Of a DNA stretch of 64,000 bases, positions 7,350-18,974 are shown piece after piece. The stretch spans positions 10,070 to 74,069 of the forward strand of contig JAJTHL010000004.1 of assembly GCA_021298595.1 (NCBI GenBank), in the 5' to 3' direction. The stretch is from Alphaproteobacteria bacterium. Its GTDB lineage: Bacteria > Pseudomonadota > Alphaproteobacteria > Caedimonadales > UBA1908. The translations under genes and the position numbers were made by a program. Position 1 is the stretch's first letter. Each line of letters begins with the position of its first letter. Below the pieces are notes generated by a model that saw only the letters and a list, made by a program, of their open reading frames with translations, did no database searches and had not been told where the DNA came from.

Positions 7350-8249
7350 TTAATAGCCAGACAGGTTAGTCATTTTTTTTTTCGCTGCCTCATCATAAAA
7401 AATAAGGTTGCTCACACTCGCCGAATTCGGAAAGCTACGTCCCAATAACATAAGTTCTTCGTGCAACTCTAGAATGGATGGAGATAAGTGGGGAGCAAGA
7501 CCGTTTAGGTCATCCTGTTGGAGATGATGCCTTAAAGACAAATCTAAAAACTCTTCTTTATACTCATTAAGCAAATGAGGATTTAAATCACCATTGACCT
7601 TTAAAAAAGACCCAATTCTATTCAGTTCATTTTCAGGGTTTGCTAGTAGACAATCATAACTTACAACGATTCTTTTTTGATGTTCCGTCTCTCTTAGTCC
7701 TGACAACATGTGTCTATACCAAAGCATGTACCCTTTTGCTAAGGTAAAACCATCGCGTTTTTGTAATGAGTGCGCAACACTCGTAGGATGTCTATGGGCA
7801 ATAATATAGGATACATCCAAATTTAGTGCCTCAAACAAAGGCATCCAGAAGGGTAGGAGGATGCACAGTCTAGGATTCTTAACTGCAAAGAAACCAGAAA
7901 CATCTTTGATTTTATCCATTAGAAGGTTTTTGGCCCTTAGGGAAAATTCTTGCAGATCAAGACATTTGATATCAAATGGCGCGACGTCACAAAGAGAGTC
8001 CCATCTTAGTCCCATGAGCCGCAGCAATTCTTCATTAAGTTCATTTACGTCGATGTCTTCAAAAAAGCCCTTAGGGTTCGTTGGTTCATGCTCAGGCATG
8101 AGCTTGTCTCCAAGGGCCACGCCGAGGACTTCCAACCCGCGTGTGATTACGCTTGTGCCGCTTCTATGCATTCCTAAAACGACGATTAATGGTTTTTTTT
8201 GTCCGTTTTCTTGCATAAAAATATACTCACCATTTGTCTGTGGATTCAC
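7350..8249 (-). CDS. Sulfotransferase family protein (polysaccharide locus)
   Basis: VVLGMHRSGTS, NPKGFFED, KNPRL..LLPFW and RHP.SVA.SL..RDG motifs. Confidence 0.8.
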   Translation of the reverse strand: MNPQTNGEYIFMQENGQKKPLIVVLGMHRSGTSVITRGLEVLGVALGDKLMPEHEPTNPKGFFEDIDVNELNEELLRLMGLRWDSLCDVAPFDIKCLDLQEFSLRAKNLLMDKIKDVSGFFAVKNPRLCILLPFWMPLFEALNLDVSYIIAHRHPTSVAHSLQKRDGFTLAKGYMLWYRHMLSGLRETEHQKRIVVSYDCLLANPENELNRIGSFLKVNGDLNPHLLNEYKEEFLDLSLRHHLQQDDLNGLAPHLSPSILELHEELMLLGRSFPNSASVSNLIFYDEAAKKKMTNLSGY

Positions 8250-9586
8250 GGCCTCTTCACGGTAGAAGTTTTACATAGGTTTACAAAACCTGTGCCATTA
8301 TCCTTACCGTCAGAGTGCACTTTAAACATAACTGCATCTAAAATTCTATGGAGATACGGATTTTCTGTATCATCATCCGCTATCCCTTGGACACCTGCAT
8401 TAAGAAAATACGTTTCTGGGTTTAAAAGGCAGTTGAAATTAAACACAACATCGAACTCATCCCCCGCTTTTACCGTGAGGCGCTCATCCCCAAAAGCCGG
8501 CGTGACACTGCCGCCGATTTGTGCACCAGTAATATCCTTGATCAACATACCAAACTGTACACCCGTAACATCTTTTGTAAACTTAACCCTATAAGTGTAT
8601 TCATAGTTTTCAAAGGCCACAAGATGGTTAACACGTTTTCCGATTTTATTGCGAAGATGCGGGTCAATAATTTGGGCACCTCGCATGGGGTAAGGCGTAA
8701 CACTTTTGGACACAAAGTCATCAAAATAGGCCTCTAGTTCCAGCGCTTCTTGTTTTTTTATCTCTTCTTTATCTTGCTGTAAAGATTGTGGGGCACTAGG
8801 AGGAAAGTCGCCACTTTTAATGGAGTGTCGAACTTCTTGTCTTTGTGATGGCATAGAAAAAAGAACTCTATGGTAGGCACGCACCACATCAGAAGGTAGG
8901 CCGTCTTTGAGAAGCTCTCCTGCATCAAGAAGGAGGGCCCTATCACAAATTTGTGTTACGAGGCTATCTGCATGGGAAACAAAGAGAAGGGTTGTTCCGT
9001 TTTCTCGAAGTCTTTCTATCCTTGCAAAGCATTTTCGCCTAAACGCCTCATCTCCAACTGAAAGAGCTTCATCGACGACTAAAATATTTGGCTCTCTTGC
9101 CACCGAAACGGCAAACGCAAGGCGTACAGCCATGCCGCTTGAGTAGGTTTTCACTGGTTGATGAATAAAATCACCAATGTCAGCAAACTCAATAATCTTG
9201 GGCAGAATTTCTTGGAGATGTTCTTTGGTAATGCCCAAAACTCCCGACAGAATAGCAATATTCTCAAGTCCCGTGAAGGTTGGGTTCATCCCTGAGCCAA
9301 GCTCAAGGAGTGCCGCGATAGAACCAAACGTATCAATGGTCCCTTCTGTAGGATTCAAAGTACCGCACACGAGTTGAAGAAGCGTGGATTTTCCTCCTCC
9401 ATTACGACCTAGAATACCAACCGTTTCTCCAGCTTTGACATCAAAGGACACGTCCTTCAAAGCCCAAAACTCTTTATAGAGTTGCGTACGTCTTTGAAAA
9501 AATTGCAAAAGCCGGTGAGAAGGCTCTTCATAGACGTGGTAACATTTGCCAAGATTTCTTACTTTAATTGCAATATCAGAGCACAT
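8246..9586 (-). CDS. wzt: Polysaccharide ABC exporter ATPase with C-terminal carbohydrate-binding domain
   Basis: GRNGGGKST, YSSGM and DEALSVGD motifs plus a C-terminal Wzt_C-like beta domain. ATG 9586 overlaps the wzm stop. Confidence 0.92.
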   Translation of the reverse strand: MCSDIAIKVRNLGKCYHVYEEPSHRLLQFFQRRTQLYKEFWALKDVSFDVKAGETVGILGRNGGGKSTLLQLVCGTLNPTEGTIDTFGSIAALLELGSGMNPTFTGLENIAILSGVLGITKEHLQEILPKIIEFADIGDFIHQPVKTYSSGMAVRLAFAVSVAREPNILVVDEALSVGDEAFRRKCFARIERLRENGTTLLFVSHADSLVTQICDRALLLDAGELLKDGLPSDVVRAYHRVLFSMPSQRQEVRHSIKSGDFPPSAPQSLQQDKEEIKKQEALELEAYFDDFVSKSVTPYPMRGAQIIDPHLRNKIGKRVNHLVAFENYEYTYRVKFTKDVTGVQFGMLIKDITGAQIGGSVTPAFGDERLTVKAGDEFDVVFNFNCLLNPETYFLNAGVQGIADDDTENPYLHRILDAVMFKVHSDGKDNGTGFVNLCKTSTVKRP

Positions 9587-10397
9587 CGGCAAACCCTTTG
9601 CGTGTTTTCTGGAAGAAGACAAAGCCAAGCCATGCAAGAACTAGACTAAATCCTGTATAAATCGCCAGTTGAGCAAAATCAGGAAGTTTGCCCCATATCA
9701 TCACTTGTCTTGCTTGGGAAATGATGAATAAAAAGGGATTAAGGCTTAAAACTTCTTGATACTCAGGCGGAAGAGTCTCTGCAGAAAAGAAAATCCCTGA
9801 CAGAAACAACAAAGCCGTGGTCAGCAAACCAACAATATGGGTAATATCTCGAACAAAAACGCCAAGAGCTGCAAAAAACCATGAAACACCAAGTGTCAGG
9901 CATATGAGAGGAAACATGATCAGCGGCAAAAGAAGAAGCGTCGGGTGGGGAAGTCCGAAGTTAAATATATAAAATATAAGCCAAACAATAAAACTCACAA
10001 GCGCGTTGAAAAGGCTTCCACCAAGGGCAACGGCAGGAAGAATCTCAAGAGGAAAAACAACCTTTTTGACGAAGTTCTGGTGTGAAAGGATGATTGTAGG
10101 TGCACGGGAAATTGTTTCTGAAAAAATATTAAAGAGCATAAATCCAGTAAAAATAATGAAGGCGAACTCCATTTTAGAATCAACCTCGCCCACAGGCCAC
10201 CTGGCTTTAAACACAACGCCAAAAACAAAGGTGTAAATGGCAAGAAAAAGCAGAGGCGTGACAAAAGACCACAAAAACCCTAAGAAAGATTCGCGGTATT
10301 TACTTTCAACATCTCTTTTGGTCAAAGAGTATAAAAGTGGCCAGTTCAAAGAAAAACTCTTGACTATTTCCAAAGGTGAGGCACTAAATTTAATCAT
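9576..10397 (-). CDS. wzm: Polysaccharide ABC exporter permease
   Basis: KY..SFLGFLW, VKKVVFPLE and F.KTRKGFADVL motifs; multiple TM segments. Confidence 0.92.
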   Translation of the reverse strand: MIKFSASPLEIVKSFSLNWPLLYSLTKRDVESKYRESFLGFLWSFVTPLLFLAIYTFVFGVVFKARWPVGEVDSKMEFAFIIFTGFMLFNIFSETISRAPTIILSHQNFVKKVVFPLEILPAVALGGSLFNALVSFIVWLIFYIFNFGLPHPTLLLLPLIMFPLICLTLGVSWFFAALGVFVRDITHIVGLLTTALLFLSGIFFSAETLPPEYQEVLSLNPFLFIISQARQVMIWGKLPDFAQLAIYTGFSLVLAWLGFVFFQKTRKGFADVL

Positions 10398-10944
10398 AGG
10401 AAAAAAGCTCCGCATCACTCAGAAGAGGGGCAGCCGCATCCTTAGGAGCAAGGAGAGGAACACCGTCATAACACCAATTAATACTCAGGGAAGGATCGTT
10501 CCACTTCAAGCTTCTTTCATGGGCTGGAGAATAATAGTTTGTCACTTTATAGTAAAACTCTGCAGTGTTTGAAAGGGTCACAAACCCATGCGCAAACCCT
10601 TCGGGAATCCATAACTGATGTTTATTCTCTGCTGAAAGGAGGGCACCAACCCACTGACCAAACGTAGGAGACCCTTTTCGAATATCAACCGCCACATCAA
10701 AGACTTCCCCTTGCAAGACCCGAACAAGTTTTCCCTGTGCTGACGGGTTTATCTGATAGTGTAGGCCTCTTAAGACACCCATTTTTGAGAAAGATTGGTT
10801 GTCTTGGACGAACGTAACGGGGTGGCCCACGGCGTCTTCAAAAAGTCGTTGGTTGAACGATTCAAAAAAGTGGCCACGATCATCCTTGAAAACTTTAGGC
10901 TCGAGAAGAAGCACTTCAGGGATTGCAAGCTTTGTAATCTGCAT
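10390..10944 (-). CDS. rfbC: dTDP-4-dehydrorhamnose 3,5-epimerase
   Basis: DDRG.FFESF, FVQDN.S.S, GVLRGLHYQ and GFAHGF motifs. Confidence 0.97.
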   Translation of the reverse strand: MQITKLAIPEVLLLEPKVFKDDRGHFFESFNQRLFEDAVGHPVTFVQDNQSFSKMGVLRGLHYQINPSAQGKLVRVLQGEVFDVAVDIRKGSPTFGQWVGALLSAENKHQLWIPEGFAHGFVTLSNTAEFYYKVTNYYSPAHERSLKWNDPSLSINWCYDGVPLLAPKDAAAPLLSDAELFSYD

Positions 10945-10947
10945 TGT

Positions 10948-11826
10948 TTAGCCTCGGTCCTTTAAAAGAGATAAGAGATACTGTCCATAACCATTCTTGG
11001 CAATTGCACGGCCCAGCGCCTCTAAGTCTGCATCTGAAATCCATCCCTTATGCCAAGCGATTTCTTCCGGACAACAAACGCGAAGCCCTTGACGGTGTTC
11101 TATGGTTGCAATGAAGTTGGCGGCCTCTAAAAGAGATTCATGGGTCCCTGTATCAAGCCATGCGTAGCCGCGACCCATTTTTTCAACGGAAAGCTTGCCC
11201 TTTTCAAGATAAAGTTTATTCAAATCTGTGATTTCAAGCTCACCACGGGGTGAGGGCTTTACTTGTTTTGCAAGGGAAACAACGTCCTTGTCATAAAAAT
11301 AAAGACCTGTGACTGCATACGAAGACTTAGGATGAAGGGGTTTTTCTTCAATGGAGAGAACGCGGCCTTGGGCATCGAATTCCGCGACACCGTAATGTTG
11401 AGGTTCCCTGACACGATACGCGAATACGGTAGCACCATCATCACGTTTTGACGCACTTTGCAGTAAGTCATCAAAGTTATGGCCGTGAAAAATATTATCA
11501 CCAAGGACAAGTGCGCTAGGAGAGTTACCAATAAACTCTTCCCCGATAAGGAATGCCTGGGCAAGCCCTTCTGGCTTTGGCTGTACCTCAAATGAAAAGC
11601 GCATCCCCCATTGGTTCCCGTCTCCCAAAAGATGCTTGAAAAGCGGCATATCATGGGGCGTTGAGATGATCAATACGTCTTTGATATCGGCCAACATGAG
11701 TGTAGATAAGGGATAATAAATCATCGGCTTATCAAAGACAGGAAGTAGCTGCTTTGAAACGGAAAAAGTAGCAGGATGAAGCCTTGTGCCCGAACCACCC
11801 GCTAAAATGATTCCCTTACGATTCAC
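10948..11826 (-). CDS. rfbA: Glucose-1-phosphate thymidylyltransferase
   Basis: [28 protein letters not shown] and RGELEITD motifs. Confidence 0.97.
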   Translation of the reverse strand: MNRKGIILAGGSGTRLHPATFSVSKQLLPVFDKPMIYYPLSTLMLADIKDVLIISTPHDMPLFKHLLGDGNQWGMRFSFEVQPKPEGLAQAFLIGEEFIGNSPSALVLGDNIFHGHNFDDLLQSASKRDDGATVFAYRVREPQHYGVAEFDAQGRVLSIEEKPLHPKSSYAVTGLYFYDKDVVSLAKQVKPSPRGELEITDLNKLYLEKGKLSVEKMGRGYAWLDTGTHESLLEAANFIATIEHRQGLRVCCPEEIAWHKGWISDADLEALGRAIAKNGYGQYLLSLLKDRG

Positions 11827-12727
11827 GGAATTCTCCTTCCTTTAGATCACGCACAAAGCGCGGTATATAATACGTCCAATCTGGTATTTTTATACCAAAC
11901 AATGTGTAAATTTTTTGTGAATTAAGACATGAATTCATGGGTCTTGGCGCAGGAAGCGGGTATTCGTGTGATGCAATAGATGTAATGGCTGAGGTTTCAC
12001 ATTTCAAGGCAATACCAACCTTCGTTGCCTCCTCTACCACAGTGGTTGCAAAGCCGTGCCATGATGTTTTACCGCCACCCACCAAGTGATAGACCCCTGT
12101 TTTGCCGTTGATTGCATCTGGGTTAAGGGCGTATTGATGCAAAATAAGGCTTGTCACATCTGCGATCAAGGACGCGTTTGTAGGCGCACCGAATTGATCA
12201 CCCACCACGCGCAGTTGCTCTCGGTCGCGGGCAAGACGCAAAATCGTTTTGGCAAAGTTATGGCCATGGCTTCCATAGACCCAACTTGTTCTAAAAATAA
12301 GATGCAGCCCGCCCGCAGCAACAATGGCCTCTTCGCCGGCAACCTTACTTTTGCCATAGACGCCGAGGGCGCCGCAAGCATCGCTCTCGAGGTAAGGCGT
12401 GTCTTTCAGACCATCATAGACATAATCTGTTGAGTAATGAACAAAAAGACGCTTTGACCCTGCCGCCTCTTCAGCAAGAGCTTTCACTGCTGTGGCATTC
12501 ACTTGATAAGCGGTCGCTTCATCCGTCTCGGCTTTATCCACGGCAGTATAAGCGACAGCATTAACGACGATATGCGGATTGTGATCTTTGACAAGGTCCA
12601 CAAGACCGCCCTCATCCATGAAGTTAGCGTCCTCACGCCCTAAGCTAACTACTTCTGCCACGGGCGCCAAAGACCGAGCAAGCTCATAGCCTACTTGTCC
12701 ATTTTTTCCTAAAAGGAGAATTTTCAT
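11816..12727 (-). CDS. rfbD: dTDP-4-dehydrorhamnose reductase
   Basis: [21 protein letters not shown] and YGKSK motifs. Confidence 0.96.
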   Translation of the reverse strand: MKILLLGKNGQVGYELARSLAPVAEVVSLGREDANFMDEGGLVDLVKDHNPHIVVNAVAYTAVDKAETDEATAYQVNATAVKALAEEAAGSKRLFVHYSTDYVYDGLKDTPYLESDACGALGVYGKSKVAGEEAIVAAGGLHLIFRTSWVYGSHGHNFAKTILRLARDREQLRVVGDQFGAPTNASLIADVTSLILHQYALNPDAINGKTGVYHLVGGGKTSWHGFATTVVEEATKVGIALKCETSAITSIASHEYPLPAPRPMNSCLNSQKIYTLFGIKIPDWTYYIPRFVRDLKEGEFRES

Positions 12728-13842
12728 GAGTATTGCTTCTCAATCCATTGACGATAAGAGCCACTCAAGACATTTTCTATCCATTTCGTATTCTCAAGGT
12801 ACCATGCAATGGTTTTGACAATCCCGGTCTCGAAGGTTTCTGCCGGACGCCATCCAAGCTCACGCTCGATTTTCCTCGCATCAATAGCATAACGCCTGTC
12901 GTGTCCGGGCCTATCTTTCACGTAAGTAATAAGCTCTTTGTAGCTTTTCAAAGGTACGTTTGTATCAGGATGCTTCAAACCGCGTGATGCAGGAGGTGTT
13001 TTTTCATCCAAAGCCGCACAAATAGTTTCCACAATCTCGAGGTTTGTTTTTTCGTTCCACCCACCGATATTGTAGGTTTCACCGACGGTCCCTTTTTCTA
13101 GGACACGACGAATAGCGGTCGTGTGATCCGCAACATAAAGCCAATCACGCACATTTTGCCCATCGCCGTAGATAGGTAGTTTTTTGCCGGCAAGAGCATT
13201 GACGATCATAAGGGGGATCAATTTTTCTGGAAAATGATAGGGACCATAGTTATTCGAGCAGTTAGTTGTCAACACAGGCAAGCCGTATGTGTGATACCAG
13301 GCCCGAACCAAATGATCAGACGCAGCCTTGCTGGCTGAATAAGGACTATTGGGCTCATAGGGATGCGTCTCTGTAAACGGAGCCGCCTCGGGGGACAGTG
13401 ACCCATAAACCTCATCGGTACTCACATGTAGAAATCTAAACGCGTCTTTTGCACTTTCATCAAGGGCACTCCAATAGTTTTTGGCAGTCTCTAGCAAATT
13501 AAACACACCGTTAATGTTGGTGCGAATAAAGTCCCCTGCCCCGTGAATGGAACGGTCCACATGGCTTTCCGCAGCAAAGTTCACTACTAAGGAAGGCTTA
13601 AACTCTGTGAAGACGGCTTGCATTTTTTCAGCATCACAAATATCTGCTTGTACAAAGTGATAGTCTGGGTGCGTTTGATATTCTGATAAATTTTCCGGAT
13701 TACCTGCATAAGTCAAAGCGTCAACATTGACAAGTGGTCCAAGGCCGATGGAAAGCCAATCCCGGACAAAGTTAGAACCAATGAAGCCACATCCGCCTGT
13801 GACAAGCACAGGACCATTCAAGCTACCTAACACAAGAGTCAT
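12724..13842 (-). CDS. rfbB: dTDP-glucose 4,6-dehydratase
   Basis: [24 protein letters not shown] and YSASK motifs. Confidence 0.97.
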   Translation of the reverse strand: MTLVLGSLNGPVLVTGGCGFIGSNFVRDWLSIGLGPLVNVDALTYAGNPENLSEYQTHPDYHFVQADICDAEKMQAVFTEFKPSLVVNFAAESHVDRSIHGAGDFIRTNINGVFNLLETAKNYWSALDESAKDAFRFLHVSTDEVYGSLSPEAAPFTETHPYEPNSPYSASKAASDHLVRAWYHTYGLPVLTTNCSNNYGPYHFPEKLIPLMIVNALAGKKLPIYGDGQNVRDWLYVADHTTAIRRVLEKGTVGETYNIGGWNEKTNLEIVETICAALDEKTPPASRGLKHPDTNVPLKSYKELITYVKDRPGHDRRYAIDARKIERELGWRPAETFETGIVKTIAWYLENTKWIENVLSGSYRQWIEKQYS

Positions 13843-13844
13843 TT

Positions 13845-14807
13845 TTATAGTTTTCCCAAAATTGCCGCAACTACCAACGCTATATTCCCAAGAAAGGTCT
13901 GACGATAAACACCTGTTTTATTAAAAAGATACAGCCTTTTTAATAGTCCAACCTGTCGTGCCTTATCAAAATTCTTTAAGATCTCACGATTCTTTGGTGT
14001 AAACAAAAGTGACACAAATTGCAAGACCTTTATGTTATTAGTATTCCACTGATAAAAACTCCCCTTTATTAATAGGCGAATCCTTTTTATTCGCGCTATC
14101 ATATTATTATTTGCCCCCACAGTATTTTTGGGGTGTTGTCGGTATAATATCAAAGGTATTTCATCATAAAAAACATGGCCCTCGCACCCTGTAACTAATT
14201 GATAAAGCAACCAGTCGTGACTGACAATGGGGATATGAGTTTCGACAAGGCAAAGCAAGGAGCAAGCTTTTTCGTTAAAAACCATGGTATTACCACCTGC
14301 CAGGCTTTGAACGAGAGCATTGGAGAAGGTAGGTGGCTTCGTGAATAAGGGAGAGAGGCCCAGGCGTTTACCTTGCCCATCAATAAGGGATGTGCGCCCA
14401 CAGTAAAGTGCTGGCTTGTCTTCTAGAGCAGCGTTAAGAAAACACAAGGCCGTTTCAAGCTTTTTGGGGTCCCACAGATCATCTTGATCACAAAAGGCAT
14501 AAAAGGGTGCTTCGGCGTTTGCACGCTTTGCAAGACTAAGAAAATGATGAGCAAATCCTTTTTGTGGCCCACGATAAAGATAAACTTGTCCATTAGGTCG
14601 AGCACGTTGATACGCTTCCAGGATTTGCCATGTTTGATCTGTGGATCCATCGTCACTGGCGTGCAAGACCCACCGCGTATGGGTTTGCTGACTCAAAGAA
14701 TCGAGTTGTAGTTGAAGAAACTTTTCCCCGTTAAACGTGCACAGCAGGATTGCAACAAGATCCTTTTCACGATAGACGCTTAGCATTTTGAAAGTACACA
14801 TCAACAC
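13845..14807 (-). CDS. Glycosyltransferase family 2 (putative rhamnosyltransferase); start uncertain
   Basis: SDDGSTD, FCDQDD.W, SHDW and YRQH motifs. Confidence 0.9.
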   Translation of the reverse strand: MLMCTFKMLSVYREKDLVAILLCTFNGEKFLQLQLDSLSQQTHTRWVLHASDDGSTDQTWQILEAYQRARPNGQVYLYRGPQKGFAHHFLSLAKRANAEAPFYAFCDQDDLWDPKKLETALCFLNAALEDKPALYCGRTSLIDGQGKRLGLSPLFTKPPTFSNALVQSLAGGNTMVFNEKACSLLCLVETHIPIVSHDWLLYQLVTGCEGHVFYDEIPLILYRQHPKNTVGANNNMIARIKRIRLLIKGSFYQWNTNNIKVLQFVSLLFTPKNREILKNFDKARQVGLLKRLYLFNKTGVYRQTFLGNIALVVAAILGKL

Positions 14808-15017
14808 AGTTTTGCAACTTTATAGCAGGTTCCGCGCAAACAGCAATATTTTTTGGCACAGAGGGGCAATTCATAATGAGCACGTTAGACTTTTGAAGCA
14901 GCCCCATTTTCCCTGAGAACATTCATGAATGCTTGCACGCTTCGTGCCCTCGGTTGATTCATATTTTATTAAGAATTTTGGTTTATTTTGTGTTCACATC
15001 ATCTAGAGGAAAAAGAC

Positions 15018-16748
15018 ATGACCCTTAGATTAAAAGACAAAATTGCGCTTTCCATTGGCTGTTTATTCGTCTTCATGCTTTTAGAGGGGTTCGTGCACTT
15101 TTATGTAGATACGGCTTCCCAAGAAAAAATGGAGCAACAAGTTAAAACCTCTAGCCTTTTACGCAAAAGTATGGACGCTGACATGATGCACGATGCCATC
15201 CGCTCGGATGTTCTGGCGTTTTTAAAAGCGCGTTATATGCACGATGCAAAAGGGGAAAAAGACGCCCTCAATGACTACGCCGAACATAAAAAGTCATTTT
15301 TTGATAATGTTTCAGCTGTCCACAATCAGGCCACGGACCCCGCGATACGCAATGAATATGGCAATATCCTTAATGTCATAGCGGGCTATTTTACTGCAGC
15401 GGAAAAGGTGCTTAAGTCTCCCGCACAGGCCAATATGGCCGACTCCTTCTTCCCAGAGTTTCAAAGTGTCTTTGAAGACCTTGAAAAAATCATGGCAGGA
15501 GCGGGTGACAAACTTGAGGCTTTTCAAAAAGAGGTGGCTGTTGATAATGAGTCTTTCAATCAGAGTAAACAGAAAATTTTTCTTCTTGTCAAAGCATTGT
15601 CAATATTTTTGGCGCTCTATGTGGGATACATTGTGCTCTACAAGATGATCACCCCCCTCAACGCTCTTGTCAAATCCATGATCGAGCTTTCACATAATAA
15701 TACAGAAGTCGACATCCCCTTTACAGAGCGACAAGACGAAGTGGGTGATATCGGTAGATCTTTGCAAGTTTTTAAAAATAACGCCTTAGAAGTCAGCCGA
15801 CAATCAAAAGAAAAACTAACCCTCCTTTCCAATCAACGAAAAGAATTGTCAGAAAAAGTCGAAAACCTCATTCTTAATTTAGAGCAAGAGATGGGCGCCT
15901 CCATGAAGGCCTTGGAAGAGGATTCGTCCGAAGTGGCCTCCACGGTGGGAAGCTTACAAGCTTTGATTAAATCCTTGGGAGAAAGAGCAAAACAAGCCGA
16001 AGACAACACGCGAAAAGCTGCCTCCAACGCCGATACCACAAGAAAAACAAGCACGGGCTTACACCAAACACTCAGCGAGGTCTGCCAGGGGATGGACCGC
16101 GGTCTTTCCCTGGTCACAGAAATGACTGGAGAAATCGGCATTGTCAGCCAGCATGTAAGTGAGCTTACAAAAACAACAAAAAAGATCGAAGCTATCGTTG
16201 ATCTCATCTCCAATGTGGCAGGCCAAACAAATCTTCTTGCCCTCAATGCGACCATTGAATCCGCCAGAGCCGGAGAGGCTGGAAAAGGATTTGCGGTGGT
16301 TGCCAGCGAGGTCAAGGGCCTTGCCAATCAAACAACTGAATCAACTGGAGAAATTGCGGCGCAAATCCAGGCCATTCAGGCGTCCGTTTCCCTTTCTTCC
16401 AGCGCGACAGAGCAAGTGGTCACACGCATGCAACAGGTTCAGGCGGCTTTCACAGAGCTCATGTCTTGCTTGACAGAACAAGTCTCCAGCACCCTTGATA
16501 TGCAGGCAAGCGCCCAAGAATCTTCTGATTGCGCCCGCTATGTGGCCAAAGACATTCAAGAAATTACTGATTCTACATCAATGCTTTACAATTCTTTGAA
16601 CACATTTGAGCGTAAAAGCAGTGATGTTCTTTCAAAGGTAACAGAACTTCAAAAATCCAGCAAAGCTTTGATCGCACGGTCTTTTGAGGTCTCCACTGCC
16701 GCGAAATCCGTGGAGATTGACACAGCACAAGAGGCAGTAAGCGCGTAG
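15018..16748 (+). CDS. Methyl-accepting chemotaxis protein
   Basis: Two TM segments, HAMP (DEVGDI), signalling hairpin [39 protein letters not shown] before ATG 15018. Confidence 0.95.
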   Translation: MTLRLKDKIALSIGCLFVFMLLEGFVHFYVDTASQEKMEQQVKTSSLLRKSMDADMMHDAIRSDVLAFLKARYMHDAKGEKDALNDYAEHKKSFFDNVSAVHNQATDPAIRNEYGNILNVIAGYFTAAEKVLKSPAQANMADSFFPEFQSVFEDLEKIMAGAGDKLEAFQKEVAVDNESFNQSKQKIFLLVKALSIFLALYVGYIVLYKMITPLNALVKSMIELSHNNTEVDIPFTERQDEVGDIGRSLQVFKNNALEVSRQSKEKLTLLSNQRKELSEKVENLILNLEQEMGASMKALEEDSSEVASTVGSLQALIKSLGERAKQAEDNTRKAASNADTTRKTSTGLHQTLSEVCQGMDRGLSLVTEMTGEIGIVSQHVSELTKTTKKIEAIVDLISNVAGQTNLLALNATIESARAGEAGKGFAVVASEVKGLANQTTESTGEIAAQIQAIQASVSLSSSATEQVVTRMQQVQAAFTELMSCLTEQVSSTLDMQASAQESSDCARYVAKDIQEITDSTSMLYNSLNTFERKSSDVLSKVTELQKSSKALIARSFEVSTAAKSVEIDTAQEAVSA

Positions 16749-16852
16749 AGGGTTTAGTTGCGCTCTAATGTTAAAAGGCTACTTTCGCGCGACCATTTGC
16801 GCCGTCTTAATCGAAGATCACTTTCTGGACGCCTCACATTGGCGAAATCTTT

Positions 16853-17637
16853 TTACACAAGTTCACTTTTTAATCGCTTGAAAAAAGTGTCTCTAGCCCG
16901 ACGCTCACACGCAGGATAATGCCCACACCGTTCCATTGCGATGAAACGAAAATTCCTAAGAACACAGGCAAGAGGCTTCACTACGCCCTCAACAGGATGA
17001 GGATCATAGGTTCCGTGGAGCGCCACCACAGGACACTGAATCTTTTTGCCGTATGCAAGAAGCGCTCCTGATTGCCGTCGCGTACGCACGTCGCGCCACA
17101 CCTTGTCATAAATCTCATAGGAAACGTGGAGGAAAGGATTCTCAAGGGGCAAGGGATCATACCCGTCCACAACCCTGTCCAAGTTTGCAAGCTGCAAAAG
17201 GACCGCGTCTTTTTCTTTTCCCCGCGCGCGTGTAAGCTGCCCTTCCAGAAACGCAGCCTCGCGTTTTTGAGCGTCCGACATGCGGGCCAGGCGCGCGTGT
17301 TGGATCATGGCGGCGCATTGATCATCAAAAACCGCGCTTCCCACCAAAATCACTTTTATCACAAGATGAGGAAATAGACCTGCAAGGGCGTAACTAAGAA
17401 AGGCGCCATAAGAATGTCCCAAAAGAACCATAGGGGCTGTGGTATAGACGTCAGCACCACGGCAAGCTCTTCAACTTGTCCTTCAAAACTAATGGCCCTT
17501 TGAAGGGGCTCTAGGACACCTTGATCTTTTGCAAGCGCGTGCGCCAGCGGCGCTAAGTCCCCTGCCGCGCCTGGACCGCCATGTACCAAGGCAAGACCGT
17601 AGGGCGCGCTCCCATGGCACCTCACGCGCTCACCCAC
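16853..17637 (-). pseudogene. Alpha/beta hydrolase split by a single frameshift
   Basis: HGGPG in ORF 17359..17637; GHSYG, HG.YDPH and CGH.P in ORF 16853..17431. Frames switch near 17440-17450. Confidence 0.75.
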
Positions 17638-17649
17638 GGCGACCTACAC

Positions 17650-18132
17650 TCATGTAACGTCGCCTTGTAAATAGGGAAAGTCCGCGCGAAGAAGCGCCAG
17701 GACCTTGTCTGCGCTCTCGGCATTCTTAAGCAGCATCAGAACCGTGTCATCCCCCGCAATGGTCCCCAGAAGATGAGAGTCCGCGTTTTCGTTCTCGTGA
17801 TAAGCCACGTATTTCTGATCAAAGTAGTAGGCCAGGCTATTGGCATTACCGGGATGGGTATGAAGCACCAAAAAGCCAAAATCAGATTTTTTGATACTTA
17901 GAACCTGGGGCAGCACCGCCGTTGGTTGTGCCAAAACCTTGTAAGCGCCTCCCACCTTGACCACATTCAGTTTCTTAAGCCGCCTGGAAAGAGTCGCTTG
18001 GGGAAGCTCGAACCCCCTTTTTTGCAGCTCACGCGCTAGGTGCGACTGCTCTCTAACCTCTTGCTGCTGCACGATATGAACAATATGTCCGTCCACCACT
18101 TGGTCATGGGCCAAGGCTGCTCTCCTATTCAC
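17650..18132 (-). CDS. argR: Arginine repressor
   Basis: Winged-helix QATLSR and C-terminal GTIAGDDT arginine-binding motif. Confidence 0.92.
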   Translation of the reverse strand: MNRRAALAHDQVVDGHIVHIVQQQEVREQSHLARELQKRGFELPQATLSRRLKKLNVVKVGGAYKVLAQPTAVLPQVLSIKKSDFGFLVLHTHPGNANSLAYYFDQKYVAYHENENADSHLLGTIAGDDTVLMLLKNAESADKVLALLRADFPYLQGDVT

Positions 18133-18215
18133 TGATATTCACTCTTTTGGAATTATATTCATTTTTTCCTTGACCTGGCAATAATCTTCTCTTACATATG
18201 AATATATCGAATATA
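18126..18215. promoter_or_regulatory. Divergent promoter region with imperfect ARG-box-like half-sites
   Basis: Repeated TATTCA/TGAATA half-sites; TTGACC-N17-TACATA at 18170-18198. Confidence 0.4.
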
Positions 18216-18234
18216 AAATGGATAGGAATTCGAC

Positions 18235-18960
18235 ATGAAAAAGATGATTTCAAGCCTTCTTTTGGCTTCAGCCCTTATTTTAAGCGGATGTTCACAGGAA
18301 AAAGACGATAATACACTCACCTTTGCGGTGTGTGCAGATTATCCACCTTTTGAATATTTAGAAAACGACAAGCTTGTGGGCCTTGATGTGGACCTGGCCA
18401 CAGCCCTTGCCAAAGAGATGGGAAAAGGCGCGCATTTTGAGAATTTGCCCTTCGCCTCGCTCCTTGCGTCTGTCCAAACAGGATCAGCCCACGCGGCCAT
18501 CTCCACTTTGACCGTGACTGAGGAAAGAAAAAGAACATTCGATTTTACAGATTCCTACTTTTTGGAAACACTCACGGCTGTTTATAAAGAGGAACACCCC
18601 GTTAACACCGCAGACGAGCTTAAAGGTAAGAAAATTGGCTGTCAAATCGGCACCACCACCGAGATCTGGCTCAAGGATCACCTGCCAGGACTGCCCCTCA
18701 CAGTCATGGACACCAACAATCAAGTCATCGAGGCTTTGAAGGCTGGACACATTGATGTGGCCGTTCTGGACGGCGCCCAGGGCGTTCTTTTTTCCAAAAT
18801 GAACAAGGGACTGGCATCAAAAGTAATTGCAACCTCTGATACGGGGTACTGTATTGCCGTCGCCAAAGGCTCTCCCCTAAAGGACATGCTAAACGCCGCC
18901 CTTAAAAAGCTAAAGGACAACGGGACACTCCAAGCCCTGACCCAAAAGTGGGTCGGGTAA
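18235..18960 (+). CDS. Polar amino-acid (probably arginine) ABC substrate-binding lipoprotein
   Basis: Lipobox LSGC; ADYPPFEY and TEERK..FDF motifs; divergent from argR. Confidence 0.92.
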   Translation: MKKMISSLLLASALILSGCSQEKDDNTLTFAVCADYPPFEYLENDKLVGLDVDLATALAKEMGKGAHFENLPFASLLASVQTGSAHAAISTLTVTEERKRTFDFTDSYFLETLTAVYKEEHPVNTADELKGKKIGCQIGTTTEIWLKDHLPGLPLTVMDTNNQVIEALKAGHIDVAVLDGAQGVLFSKMNKGLASKVIATSDTGYCIAVAKGSPLKDMLNAALKKLKDNGTLQALTQKWVG

Positions 18961-18974
18961 CAAGGACTCGTATC

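Noticed and set aside
14933..14949. Sigma54-like GGCACG-N4-GTGC on the minus strand
   Set aside because: Imperfect match that is also a short palindrome; no supporting evidence.
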